Assembly: GCA_051294375.1 (NCBI GenBank)
Contig: CM119267.1
Coordinates: 9,598,339-9,662,338, forward strand
Direction: 5' to 3'
Origin: Paraspadella gotoi
Taxonomy: Eukaryota > Animalia > Chaetognatha
Length of the DNA: 64,000 bases
Shown here: positions 24,301 to 37,623 of the stretch, piece by piece
Position numbering within the stretch: position 1 is the first letter of the stretch
How the letters are laid out: each line of letters opens with the position of its first letter
Notes under the pieces: generated by a model
Told to the model about the DNA's origin: nothing
What the model saw: only the letters and a program-made list of their open reading frames with translations
The model's database searches: none
Position numbers and translations under genes: made by a program

Positions 24301-26255
24301 ACATTACTTAATATACTACACTTAATTCATTTCTAAAACGTTCGAAAACTCGCCCTAACCGATTCTCGGTCTCGTCCAATTTCGAGGCAAAGCGCAATGG
24401 GCTGGGATTGAATGACCGAAAGGCCACGGCCGACTCCATCCGGTGAAAACAATTGGGGCGTAAGGGAAGAGGCCGTGATTTTCTTCATCCAGGAACGGAA
24501 ATTGGAACCGCCTTTTTTTTTTACTCGATTTCAGGCGCGCAGAAGAGCTTGCGTGCAAATGCACGCGAGTTGCGTCACGAATTTCTTTTGCCAAGGTTGC
24601 AAACCGAAGCTAGGGGTTAGGGGGGGAGGGAAGCTGGAGCCGGCTTATTAGTCGAACGGCCGAACAAAGAATAACAGGCGTCGCCTGACGACGAAAGACG
24701 GCTCGCGCGCCTGGAGGTAATTTCGCCCGGTTCCCCTGTACGACGTCCGGCTAATTTTGTTTAGGCGGCCGTTGAAAGCGAACACCTGGGACCCTGGCGC
24801 TCCGCGAACGGTCAAGAGGGAACCGGCTCTGTTCGCCGCCGCAAAACCCGATTTTCGGGTCTACGACGCCGCGGGGAATCTGGCTTTTTCGACGCGCTAC
24901 GAAGGCGTTCCACGAGAGAGAGAGCGAGAGAACGAGTTTGGTCCCCAGGGACATTTTCGCCTCTGATGACTTTTAATTTTGACCTCGGCAACCCGGGAGA
25001 GCTGCATCTCCAAGCTCTTCTCATATGATTCCCCAGAGAAGAGGGCGTGGTCGTTGCTACGACACGCGAACAACGGACACGCCCTCTCGCCGCGATTGCA
25101 TATTTTTTGGTCGACGAACCCGACGTCGATGTGAGGGGAAAGAAGATGGCGTTCAAACAAAATGGCGACGATTAGGTTTTCAAAAATAGCTCGAAAACAT
25201 TTGGAACTGACTGAAGAAGTGGGGGGGGGGAAAGAGGTGAAATAACTGCGAATAATCGCGGCTTTTAAACTTCTCGCGTATGATTAATTTTTGTGAAGTT
25301 TACATTAAAATACAACTATTATTTATTCTTCTATGTCGGCAATCAATTTGCATTACAATCCGTTAAGAGAACCCGGCCTTCTTACGTAAGTTCCGGGATA
25401 CGAGCCTGGAATATATTCCTTTTTTTCTTATTTAACATTTGCCCTCAACGAAATCTCTATCTCGCTTCCTTTCCCCCCCCCCTCCTTCTACACGAGCGCG
25501 GGCGATGATTACGCGATTGAGCGACGTCTCTCGCGCTCGTTACGCGATCAGATTCTTCGCCTCGCGTCGGTCTCTCACGAAGGTCTCACGCCGTCGGACT
25601 CTCGCCGCCGGCCAAGTCGGATCACGTCCCGCGGCTTCATTGAATTTACCGCCACGGTTGTCGACTCGACCTCGTTTCCGAATTTTCGTGAGTCGAGTCG
25701 TTCGTAATAATTTGTGACGTTCACGGCCGCTGACGTCGAGTTGCCGGGAGTGACGAAGAAAACTGACGCGAAAACTGACCAGAAAACCGACCCAGAAAAC
25801 GATTTTTACGAGTCGGCTTTGAGTAATGATACTTTAAATCTTTTTTTTTATTACGGTTCGACTCTCGAATCGTATTAATGGTACTTAATTTTACTCAAAA
25901 ACAATGAAAATCAAACGACCTGAATTCTAATATTAATAATCAGGCAAGCGTATCTCACTGCTAGTGTTTCAAACTATGATTATACAGAAATAGTTAACTC
26001 GAGGGAATTTTTAAGCGAAAACTAAATGAGGTCTTCGTTAATATCAATTGTTTCAATAACAATTATATTGAAAAGGGCCTCGCTGGCCACTCCGAGCTTC
26101 GACGAAAACGGTTCGTTTTTTCCCCTTTTCTCTTTTAAAGTTAAAACCCCTCGCGAGGTAAGTCACCTGTCGCACAGACTCATATCTTTACGACTTCCCC
26201 AGGAGACGGTTTGCCAAGGTCCTTCGTTCTTCCTCTTCTTATAGGTCTTTTGCTA

Positions 26256-26334
<79 letters not shown>

Positions 26335-27163
26335 TCTCCTCTCTATCTCTCTTTCTCGTCTCATTTAACTGGCACAATTCCGCTCTTCCCATTCAGTTAT
26401 TCATCTCTGACCCTCGAATTATTACTCGCGCAATCGATCGTAAAAGTATTTTTTTTCTCGCGCCATTGAACGATGAGATTATTTCTTTTGCTTCTCCTTA
26501 CGCTCACCTTCTTATCTTTTTGATATATTCACCTTAGCTAACCTTAACCTTCCTTTTTTCCTGTTCACCTTTTTTTTTAGTCTCCATTTTTGCCATATCT
26601 GAATTTTGACTCATCACAACTTTTCCCTTGTTTTTTCGTCCTATTATGTTCTCGTTTTTTTTTAAAGACTAATATATTCTTATCTCCGTTTTTTTTTTAC
26701 TATTGGGATACTCAGTCCCGGATTTCTTCACGAAATCTTCTCCCTTTCCTTCCAACTCCTCCACTCGCACATCGCCAGAACCTCGCTCTCTCTCTCTCTG
26801 TCTGTCTTCTCTCTCCATGACTAATGAGGCTTTCCGACCCGGTCTCGAACCCCGTTGGTGGGCGCTGCTTTCGACGCCGCGTTAACGACCTCCGTGTTTC
26901 CTCGCTCCCCGCCCCCCTTTCTCGGGGCGCCGGTTCCATCGACCCCTCGCTTCCTCGACGCACACCCTGACCTTTTTTTTTTGTTTTCCCAAAGTCACCC
27001 ATCATTCTCTCGTACTACATCCCCTTCTCCCTACGCTCCAGCGTCCCTGGCGCCCCAGTCCGACTCCCTGCGGGCCAAAGACGCGCGTAACTCGTATCTC
27101 GCTCGCGGCCCAGCCACTCCCACGTGTCGCCGCCCGCCACGATCCCAGTTTTTCGCGGCGCAC

Positions 27164-27257
<94 letters not shown>

Positions 27258-29307
27258 TTTTTCTCACCGAATACTTCCCCGAGTTCCCTAAATTCTCACA
27301 GCCTTCTGTCACGGTTGTCTCGGTCCTCGGCGCCCACGCCTCTGAAAAGCGCCGGAAGCTTTGATGAGCGCCTCGAAACGGAAGAGTCGCGCCGGAAATG
27401 AGAGACACGCGCGTCGGTCGCGGCGTCGTTTCTTTTTTTTTTCCCGCGCGATTCGCGTCGTCGCGTCGCGGTTTTTCTCCGCGCTGCCCCGCGATTCCCC
27501 GCGCTGCTCTGCGCTACTTTTTTTTTTTGAGGTGGCGGAAATTTATCTACCTGATTTTATTTTTATTTTTTCCTTTTTTTTTTTTTTGCCGCGATTTTTT
27601 TCTTTTGATCCTTTCAAAGCGACGACGTATCGATAATTTTGCGTTTGATAACTTACGATTGTGTTATTGACGTTTTTTGGAGATTTTCGTTTTTTTTTAG
27701 TAGCCTGCTTCAAGGTGAGTCTATTATTCCTTACTGAAAAAGATCGAGTAAAATTCAAAGCAATTTATATCATAAGAATTATATTTTGTGAAGAAAAACA
27801 GAATTATAAATATAAGTGCAGGAATTTAGAAATGTAACTATGTATTTTTGAATATTGACAAAATTTCCTCCCTTCATAATTTTTTTGTCATTAAACTTTG
27901 ATAATTACCTCAAGATTTGTTTTCCTAATAAGTGATAAGAAGATATATATCCGTCCGAGCGTCCCTATGTGGCCGCTCATCCATCTCGTGCTAATTAGAC
28001 CTGAGCTATCTTTTCACATCTTTCAAATTTAACGAGATTAATGCCATTTTTTTTCATTGTGGGAGCTGGAACGGGGGGGGGTATTTTTTTTTAACGTCTT
28101 CCCGCCTTTTCTTTCAACGCGTACGATTTTATTTTTTTAATTTTTTTTAAAAATTAACAGATAACGAAACTCTTTGATAAGTCGAGGAAATCTTGACAGG
28201 TTGTTCGCCATTGTTGTAAACAAGAAAAAAGTTTCGAAGGAAAAAATCGGATTTTCCCCTCCGAAAACTCGAATTTTAAAATTCATAATAAAACAGAATA
28301 TTTATTATTTAGTAAATTTTTAATAAAAATAAAATAAAATAAAGACCACGACGACGACGACGACGACGACGACCAAACAAAAAAAAATCGATTTACGCCT
28401 AATACCGATTTCCGATTCGTTTCTCTTCGGACGGCGCGAAATGGAAAGCAAACGCGACTGTCACGCGGAAAAAAACAAACAATATCACGGATCGTCGCCT
28501 CGTCACGCGTTTTCGTCAAAATACGATTGACGCGGAATCGTCAATCGTCTCCGCCTCGACCGGAAAGGGTTGGCGTGTGACGTTTACGCGCGGAGAGCGA
28601 GATCGAGCGAAGTTTAGACGGGGGGGGGGGCGGGGGGAGGCGGGGTAGGAGGGTGAGAGTCGAGGGGGCGCGGGTGAGTTAGGGCGAAGTTAGAGGCGAG
28701 GATTTAAAGGGTTTCGAGAGAGAATCGTGAGATTAGCGAAGAGGAAAGCGAACGCGTGGGGATTAGGGTAGAAGGATTAGTGAATGATTTAATTTAAAGA
28801 GCGCTGAGGCTACAGATTCTCGAGATATCTTTCCGGGTGTCGGGAGGAAGTAGTTTATTTACATTTTAAATTACATTAAATTAAAGTTTGGAATTTAAAA
28901 AAAAATATTTGTTTTCCTTTTTTTATTTTAACCTCAATTGTCGGTTTAAAATGCGAACGTATAGAACATGACCATTGACCAATTTGATAGGTCGGTAAGA
29001 AAACCAAGTAATTATTAAACCAAAATGCAGGCGAAAAGTTTTGTTTACTACATCAGCGTAAGGCAATTGAAGGAGAATTTTACGTTCCTTTGGGCGGAAT
29101 CGTGAAAGAGAGGAAATAAAAGCGAAAGGTGGAGTGAGGGAAAGGCTAGCATTTAGATTCGCGGGATTAAATAAAAAAAAGGGGCGGGGTCGAGCTTGTA
29201 AAGCTTGTGAAACAGCTTAAACGTTGGAAAAAGTTTTTTTTTTCCATTTCACTCGAGAGGAAAAGAAAAAAGAGAGCTAAAGACGAACTGAATTGAGTCG
29301 AGAGGAG

Positions 29308-29375
<68 letters not shown>

Positions 29376-29489
29376 AGAAGAGAGAGAGAAGAAATTGGAA
29401 GGCGGGCGACAAAGGAGCTGATTTTCTCTCTCGGCGACATTCAATGCCATCGCCCATCGGCGCCGTCGCCTCATTTCCTCGAAGCCTTC

Positions 29490-29650
29490 GTCGGGCAAAT
29501 TGCGTCGGGCGACGTAGAATTTGTCGGGCAAATTGATTCATGCGATGTAATCTTCTTTAGGGATATTGTGTCGGGCGACGTAGCTTTTGTCAGGCAAATT
29601 GATTTGTGGGATGTTGTCTACATTGGGGGTTTTGTGTCGGGCGACTTCGC
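29490..29650. repeat. 66-bp period tandem repeat (~2.5 copies)
   Basis: gtcgggcgac recurs at 29504, 29570 and 29636; the first two are followed by gtag..tttgtc.ggcaaattgatt. Confidence 0.7.
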
Positions 29651-30026
29651 ATCATTGGCCGGATTTGTGTTATATCATCATTATATTATCATTTATATTT
29701 ATATCGTTTTCATTGAGAGATAGTGTTTCCTTCGACATTACCTTTTAGGGCATATAAATTACATAATATCGGATGATTTTAAGTGCGTTGAACTATTAGT
29801 TTGTTTACGTTTTAATTGATTTATTTGATTAATTTTTTTTCTATCTCTATTTTATTATATTTTCGTTTGCTCAGACTTAGTCTATGTTTGTCGATGATTA
29901 TTCTACCGAATCAACCATGTTGTATTCAAATAGAATCGCATATATTAGTGTCTGGCCGCGTACCCTTTGTCAAGCAAATAGTTTTGCGGGCCACGTACAG
30001 GTTTCGTCTCTGCTCGAGCCAACGTA

Positions 30027-30057
<31 letters not shown>

Positions 30058-31046
30058 TCGTCGTCGTCGTCATCGTTTCCGGCGTCGGCGATATCGACCG
30101 TGTCAAAGTCGCTATCATCGCCGATCGCATCGTCAACGCCGCAGAATTGGGTTAACGAGCCTTCGCTTCCACAACTTTTTTTTTTTCGTAATTAATTTCA
30201 TTTTTGAAGGACACGAAACGACCCGTTTTTTTTTCGTCCATAATTTGTTTTTTTCTCGATGGAAGCGAAACAACGACGACGACGATTACGACGACGACGA
30301 TGTCGACGACGAAAATAACGACGAAGACCATGTCGACGACGAAAGCCCTAGTAATTAGTTTTTTATTTTTTTTTTTTTTTTGCAGAATTTTCAACTGTCG
30401 ACGCCCGCGGACGCAGAGATCCCGATCGGGCGTTGATCCGACAGACCTAATCTAGAGAGGGTGTGGATCCGTTACGAAAACCTGATCGAAATTGGCTACG
30501 GGCGACGTTTGGACGAGGGAACGCTTCCACGTTATAATTACGCCTTTTTTTAACTCTCATTCTCGTTCGACGCGAGAGATGAAAAATTTTAAATTGAAAA
30601 CGAATCATAAAAAAAAAATTTGTTCTGCCATCTATTGACATTGGGAAATGAGCAACGTCCACAATTTAAACTTGAATCTCACGTGAACAAATTTATCGTT
30701 GAAAATTATTTTTAACAAGAGTAAATATTTTAAAAACAGATTGTCGGAAAAACTATAAAAGCTTAAAGTCACGCTCCATCAATTGACGCATTTTTACTCA
30801 AAATTCCCTTCAAAAATCAACTATGGCGGACCAATGAACCGCCCTTAACGTTCATATCTCACCAAGTCTATAATTCAAAAAAAAAAAAAAAATATAAAAA
30901 AACAAGTGTGTTAGGTTCCATCCAACTCTGGCCGATTCAGCACTTCCCCCTTTTCTCAGTTGATCAGCGATGAAAAACTTCCCCTCCTCCTGGCGGTGAC
31001 TCTGTGGTTATTAGGTTTTTCAGACCATCGACACAAAAATGCAAAT

Positions 31047-31096
31047 ATGATGATGAACTGCACCGGCGACCAAATGGAGGGGGCGTGTCCCCCGAG
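31047..31096 (+). CDS. Allatostatin-C/somatostatin receptor-like GPCR, coding exon 1 (MMMNCTGDQMEGACPP)
   Basis: ATG follows a tttttcag acceptor (31023). Ends AG|gtaagt in phase 2, matching the next exon. Contains N-glycosylation sequon NCT. Confidence 0.7.
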
Positions 31097-31763
31097 GTAA
31101 GTGAGAAAGTATTTTTTTTTAGGAGGAGGAGGAGGAGGAGGAGGGGTGAGACGTGTTTGGAACTGAAGGAAGTGTTTTGAGTGGGTTTAACTTCAAGGAA
31201 TTTTCTTTGAATGGAGGAAAGTGCTGATATAAAAAAAAAAGGATGGATCAAAAGCTAGATTATATAATTCAAAAGGAAGGGAAGGAAGTTTCTTGATTGG
31301 ATTTAAGAAGGAATCAAAAGTATATGAAAGCGAAGGTCAAAAAGGCAAAAGAATTTCTCAAGAAACTAGTATTCGTAGAAGTTTATATCTATAAAAAAAG
31401 ACTGGGAGGAAAAAATGTCAGGATCAGTAGATTTAGAATTAATTTAAGAACTATTTTAAGACTAGTGGCAACTAAACTAAGAAAAGACCAAGAATATGTC
31501 TTTCGATTCGTCTTCTTAAATCTCTTCCAAAGTATCTGTCTCCAAGCGAAGCATTAAAACTAGTAAACGATGCGGAACCGAGGCTTATCGTTTTCAACCA
31601 TCGGCCTTGGGCTTTCTGATCTTTTAGGGATTACGTTGACGACAGAAGAAAAAAAAAAAACATTTCGGCGATCAGACATTCGACCGTTTACCCCGGTCCT
31701 CCCAACCCTTCGACCCCACGCTCTCCCTGCTTCCTCATCTTTTTTTTTTTTTTTGGTTCACAG

Positions 31764-31861
31764 CATCGATTCAAACTCTTCGGCGTTCAACCTGACCAGA
31801 ATACTCGAAATACAGCGGAAGCTACAGCGGCAGGTCGAGGAGATTTACCCTTACGTCATGA
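31764..31861 (+). CDS. AstC/somatostatin receptor-like GPCR, exon 2 (extracellular N-terminus)
   Basis: poly-T..cacag acceptor and gtaagt donor. Encodes (S)IDSNSSAFNLTRILEIQRKLQRQVEEIYPYVM with NSS and NLT sequons. Phases 2 and 1 fit both neighbours. Confidence 0.8.
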
Positions 31862-32329
31862 GTAAGTCTGCGAATAAAGTTTGGAGAGACGAGTTTGATT
31901 ATAATATGATTATTCATTGCAATTATTTAATCATATTTGACTAGAAATTATATTGTATAACTAACTATAACGTCTTAACTCCTAAGTTTACCTTGTCGAG
32001 AATTCGCTTTGGTTAGAACTCTTTCATCACATAAAACTAATTCGAAATAATTGATGAGAAATAATTCTTTCTAAAAAAAAATAATTTTGATTATGGACGT
32101 CGTTCGATGCTCATTTGTTCCTCCATTCCCCTTTTTTTCCCACGAGCTCGATTCTCCCAGCAAACAGAAAAAAAAATAATTAAAATGTAAACCGCGAGAG
32201 GCGCGAGACGAGAATGCGTAATTCCCATACCGCGGTTGGCGATTGATTAGAAACATTTTTCATACGCGTTGCGGGAAGGAAGCCACTAGCAATCGCAATG
32301 ACAATATTGAAAACAAGCTTTTAAACAAA

Positions 32330-32957
32330 TAGTAGCTATGCGATGAATAGATTGAGCGATTGAACATCATTTTTTTGCTGCTTATGGACACATCGTTAAC
32401 AAATTCTGAATCCTTTTAAAATTTTTTTAGCATAACAGTATTGTAAATTCAATTATTTATGTAGTAATATCCTTATAAAATCATAAAATTTTAAAATAGT
32501 TTTGTTTTATTTTTAAGAAAAAAATTGGATTCGCCGTAAAAAACTAAGAAACTTTTATAAAATATGTTATATGATATTTTAATGTTTAGACCGCAAAAAA
32601 TGAATAAAACTTTTTAACATATATAAGTTTTTACTACACAGAATAAAAAAGTTATGAATTTTTACATTTTTTCCCGTTTTATAAGCGGAAGATGACAGAA
32701 TTTTTGATGACATGTTTTATATTTTTGATTTAACTTTTTATAAAGAATCTGAATCTTTATTAAAAATTTTAAAAAACTTATTTTTAAAATTTACTATTTT
32801 ATAAGAATATTACTACATATATATTGTATTTTACTATTCTGTTCCGGAGACAACATGAACAAAATATTTTTTGTACTAGTTAATCATACTATCTCACATC
32901 TAAATATCCTTGTTCGATCATTCAAATAATTTTTTTGTTCTTGAGTGCTCCACTCTA
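32330..32957. mobile_element. MITE, longer copy of the family at 36745-37050
   Basis: Shares gattgagcgat..ttttttgctgctt, tagtaatatccttataaaatcataaaattttaaaat and catactatctcac.tctaaatatccttgtt...tgctccactcta. The left boundary is approximate. Confidence 0.65.
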
Positions 32958-33118
32958 ATCTTCACACATTTTGCAGGCTGCACCTTGAACAAAAAAAAGT
33001 CTCAGGACCAGTGGTGGGTTTCTACACAGATATTCATCTCGTTCACGCTTCCGTCGTTGCGATGGTCTTTAGACACCGTGTTAACTTACATCGGCGCCAG
33101 AACGTCAAAATTTCAATC

Positions 33119-33182
<64 letters not shown>

Positions 33183-33352
33183 GGCAGTTAGAAAGAGTTC
33201 ACCAAAACTGTATATTTGAATGATTAAGAAGAAGATTTACAAGCCAACTTATTGATGTAGTTATCAGAAACTCTCTTAGAAATAGTAGCTTTTAAAGGCA
33301 GTTTGTGAAACGATCCTAAAGCTCACAATTATATTTTTTTAATTCAATTCTC

Positions 33353-33408
<56 letters not shown>

Positions 33409-33411
<3 letters not shown>

Positions 33412-33500
33412 TCGTCTTTCTCGACATCTTGATCATCATCGTCGGCGTCATCGGAAACTCCCTCGTCATATACGTCGTCTCACGTTTCGCCAAAATGCAG
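33409..33500 (+). CDS. AstC/somatostatin receptor-like GPCR, exon 3 (TM1)
   Basis: (I)FVFLDILIIIVGVIGNSLVIYVVSRFAKMQ carries the GN.LVI.V..R..KM signature of SSTR/opioid/AstC receptors. (CT)n-cag acceptor, gt donor. Confidence 0.92.
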
Positions 33501-34100
33501 GTGATGACGAACGTCATTAACGGTTGACGAATCGAGAGCGAGCGCCTTGTTTTGAATGTAGGGGGGGTGCTAAAAGTTCTAAAACTAGTTTCATCAAATT
33601 AGTCTTTGTGGCGACGATTATCTGTTTTTTCGATGATGAAATTCAGATTTAGAAAGGAAAATTAGTTTTCGTTGATTACATCTCATCGGAAACCAAAATT
33701 CAGACAAAAAAAAATGTTTTCTCTTTGTCTGATTTCTTTTCTCCAGACATTTTCTCATCAGCTTAATGTCACCTGAAAACATTACTTTCATATCTCTGAA
33801 AGTTTCTTCAGTTTTTCATTACTTAAGATAATCGGGGGGGAAAAATAAAGATGTTGATTGTTGCAATCATTGTAGAATCATAAAGATTTAAGTACGGATT
33901 GTTAAGATTCGGAATCTTGAATTTTGTTGATGAAGCACATGGTGAAGGCACATGTTTTTTTTTCATTGTTTATTTATTTATCAAATTAAATTTGATCGTA
34001 AACAGGAAATATTAGTGTTTTGATTTGACTTGTATGTAATTATATATAAAGATTATTAGTATCTACAATTAAAACGTACACTGCCCTCCCTCCTTCCCAG

Positions 34101-34193
34101 AACGTCACCAACGTGTATTTTCTGAATCTCGCGACGGCGGACGTAGTTTTCCTGCTGGGAATGCCCTTGCTCGTGGTCGCCGCGATCCAACAC
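34101..34193 (+). CDS. AstC/somatostatin receptor-like GPCR, exon 4 (TM2)
   Basis: NVTNVYFLNLATADVVFLLGMPLLVVAAIQH with the NLAxAD motif; cccag / gtgag boundaries, phase 0-0. Confidence 0.92.
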
Positions 34194-34299
34194 GTGAGAA
34201 ATTCCTTTTATAATTAATTGATACATTAATTTCTGCATGTCCATTCACGGATTCATTTTAACGAGTTATGGTGGACTAAAATCAATCAACCGTTCATTA

Positions 34300-34460
34300 G
34301 CGGCCATTGGTGCCGGAGGCAAGTCATTCGCCTCCCAACTCAAAGGTCCTGGGTTCTAGCCCGGTGGCCGCCTAGCAGTTAAGAGGGATGGGGCGCTTAA
34401 CCCGCCTGTAACACGGTACTGCTTAATTGAATGGTTCGGTCACTAACACATTACAATAAT
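34300..34460 (+). mobile_element. tRNA-derived SINE or tRNA(Gly-CCC-like) pseudogene with 3' extension (mirror copy ~49130-49288 in the inverted duplicate)
   Basis: Acceptor stem GCGGCCA/TGGCCGC (34300-34371), A-box-like TGGTGCCGGAGG, T-arm CTGGG-TTCTAG-CCCGG, loop CT-CCC-AA with an unpaired anticodon stem. Followed by ~90 nt of non-tRNA body and an AT-rich tail. Confidence 0.65.
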
Positions 34461-35099
34461 TACTGTTTCTTCAGAGTATTATTATATCCTTAAATTAACT
34501 GTAAAGTTCTTTTCGTTGAGATATCCGTAAAGTTTATTTATTTGGCAGCTTATAAAAGGTTAACTTTTAAGGTTAGCTTTAAGTTTAACCCAAGATTCGA
34601 TCCCGTTTGTTTTGCTTCTTCCCGATTGAACGTCCATCGTGCTCGAACCATTCCGCCCTCGGCCAAACAAATACACCGGAAATGAAAGTTAATTTATCGT
34701 GTTTATTTCGAGAGAGAGAGAGATAAAAAAAAAAAAAACAACCAAATTTATTGTGGTATTAAGTTTTTTTTTTGTTTGTTTGTCGTTGCTGTGGTCTGAA
34801 TCGCCAGTCAACGGCGACGATACCATAAAACAGAAATATCGGCGTCCGGAGAATCCGCTCCAGTTTTTATGGGCCATTCGTGGCCATCGACCGACGCGCC
34901 AGTGTCCCTAATAGCGAATGATTTTCCCAATTCCGTCCACGCTGTCGCCGTCGTTCGTCGTCGTTGTTGTCGTCGTCGTCATCGTCATCGTTTCCGATAA
35001 AATCGAGGTTTCGCGATAATTTCTATTTGCGGTCTCGACTGTTTTGGTCGGTGTGGCTGGTGATTTTCTTATTTTAAAAGAATATTCTTTGAAACCGCT

Positions 35100-35231
<132 letters not shown>

Positions 35232-35907
35232 AGAACGCGTCTGACTTCAGAGTCTCGACCTCTCTCACCTTAGTATCCGTTATTAATCTCTTTTTCTTCA
35301 GTTCGCCCTCACTCACTAGACTTACCTTTCTTATACCTCACCCCGTCCCCCTATCGGAATTTTCCTCACCTTCGCTCGCTGAGCTCTACTCTCAATAATA
35401 GGTTCTTTCCGACATCATTTCTTTTTTTTCAAAATTTCCCGCCATCTTTTCTTTCAACGCTTCTCTTCCGAATTTCCTCCTCGACTGTTTTCTTCTCACC
35501 TCAGCTCCCCTCCTTCTCGGCCCCTTCCTAAAAACTGATTTATGAATCCCCTCAGCGATTCCCTTCCCTAATTTCATCCCCTCCTCCTATTTTTAATCCT
35601 CTCCTTTCACTTTCTTTTTTTTTCCACCTTTGACCTCCAACCTTGACGCTCTCCTTTTTTTCATATCTCTTTCTCGCTTTCCCTTTTTTTTTCTCGTCTC
35701 AACTTTCTTCCTTTTCCTTTATTCCCTCCTTTTCCTTTCAAATTTTTTTTCCTTTGACCCGCTTTCCTCCATTTTTACCTACGAATCACGTTTCACAAAA
35801 TATATCCCGACGAAATGGAGGGAAGGAAGAAAAATCGAGCCGTGAATGTCTTTGAAAAATTCACTCGAGAGTGAATCGGGCACGATGTTGGCAGAAAAAA
35901 CTCCTTT

Positions 35908-35953
<46 letters not shown>

Positions 35954-36744
35954 CAATTTATCAAAGTACAGAGTTTCTCGTCTCGTAAAAACATCTGGAG
36001 CGGGATCCCTGAGTCCGAGCTCCCGACTCTTTTTAATTCAGGTAAACACGAATCGAAATTGATTTTTTTTTTCTCAATAAAAAATCTCAAGTCGCGCGAA
36101 ATAAAAAAAAAAGAAAAAGCAGCCACGCCCCCTTTTCTCTCCCTCCCCCCCCCCCTTGAATCCCCCTGGAGACGGCGTCTCCATTTGTCTCGATCGCGTC
36201 GCCGGAATCTGGATCCCGGGGCCGAACTCCCGTCGTCGCCCCGAGTGTTTTTCTCTCAGCGGATTCACGACTTCTCAGCCTTTTTTTTTCGCCGCTAGGT
36301 GGGGGGGGGGGAGAGGGAGGGAGATGGAGTGGCGGGGAATTTAGGCCGAGATTTTCGCTACGGCCCTGATTTATGGGGTCGGGGTGTTCGGGAACTCTGA
36401 AGTCTAAAAACCAAATCTGATAAATGTGCGTGAAATTGTTCGGGAAGAGCGACATTAATTAATCGCGTCCACAAATCCACTTTTAGTTGTTTTTTTTTAT
36501 CCAGGTAAGTTCATCCTGACGAAAATAATTTTTCTCGGGCGATATTAAAAGAATGTGTCGGAAAAAATATCTATTGATTTTCCCGAGCAACTGATTTAGT
36601 TGGGGATTGGAAAGATTTATCGGAAAGTGGGATAAGAGGGATTTTTTTTACAATGCTTTGGCTTATCGGATGATGGATAAAATGGGGAAAAAATATTTTG
36701 ATATAATTTAGCTAAGTTCGATTTTTTTTAAATTCCCTATACAC

Positions 36745-37050
36745 TAGGGTGGAGTGATGAAAAGATTGAGCGATGTAACAATATTTTTTTGCTGCTTTTG
36801 TATATGTAATAAAAAATAATTTAGCCCTTTTTCCAACATAACAGTATCATTAATTGAATTTTTTTAATAGTAATATCCTTATAAAATCATAAAATTTTAA
36901 AATCTTATTTTTTAAATTTTAAGAACAGTTTCGGACAATATAAACAATATAAACAATATATTTTTTGTACTCCTTAATCATACTATCTCACGTCTAAATA
37001 TCCTTGTTTGTTCACTCAAATAAAATTATGTTCCCCAGTGCTCCACTCTA
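36745..37050. mobile_element. hAT-like MITE, second family (internally deleted copy)
   Basis: TIRs TAGGGTGGAG...CTCCACTCTA. Flanks CTATACAC/CTATACAG (8-bp TSD, 7/8 match). Both ends match the longer copy at 32330-32957. Confidence 0.7.
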
Positions 37051-37623
37051 CTATACAGTACACCCAGTACGAAGACTCAGTTTTCTCTTTGAACGATGGG
37101 ACTTGTTTTGCCCAATAACAAAAACCTTATTTTTGGCATGATGTGAATCGTGGGATAAAACAGATTCGCCTTTATTCGAGTCGTTAAAACATTTGATGAA
37201 AATAGCGGTTGACGACAAACAAACCACTGTGGAATAAAAATCACTGTTCGCTCGAGGATTTTCTAGAGCTGGCTCGCGTTTCAATATATCGAGAAACGAA
37301 GGATCTTTTAAAAAAAATTTATACGTATTAACAAGATTGAAATTACAAAGGTGAAATTTTCTCAGAAGTCTGAATTCTATAAATCAATAAATATTAGGGA
37401 AAAATCAAAAGAGGAGGGGAAACTTTAATCCAACTATCGAATCTCAAAGAAATAATGTCGATATACCGACGATTTTTTTTTTAGAAATATCTATTTATGG
37501 ACTATTGTTACTTTCGAAAGCCATTGTTCTGATTTCCGATTCTTTCGGGTATCGCGCATCCAATTTCCACTTTGCGCTATCAGTTTTGAAATCGCGTCGA
37601 TTTTTGGTAGAATGGATTTAATG

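Noticed and set aside
34300-34372. Functional tRNA-Gly(CCC)
   Set aside because: The anticodon stem does not pair and the D-arm is poor; a SINE head or pseudogene fits better.
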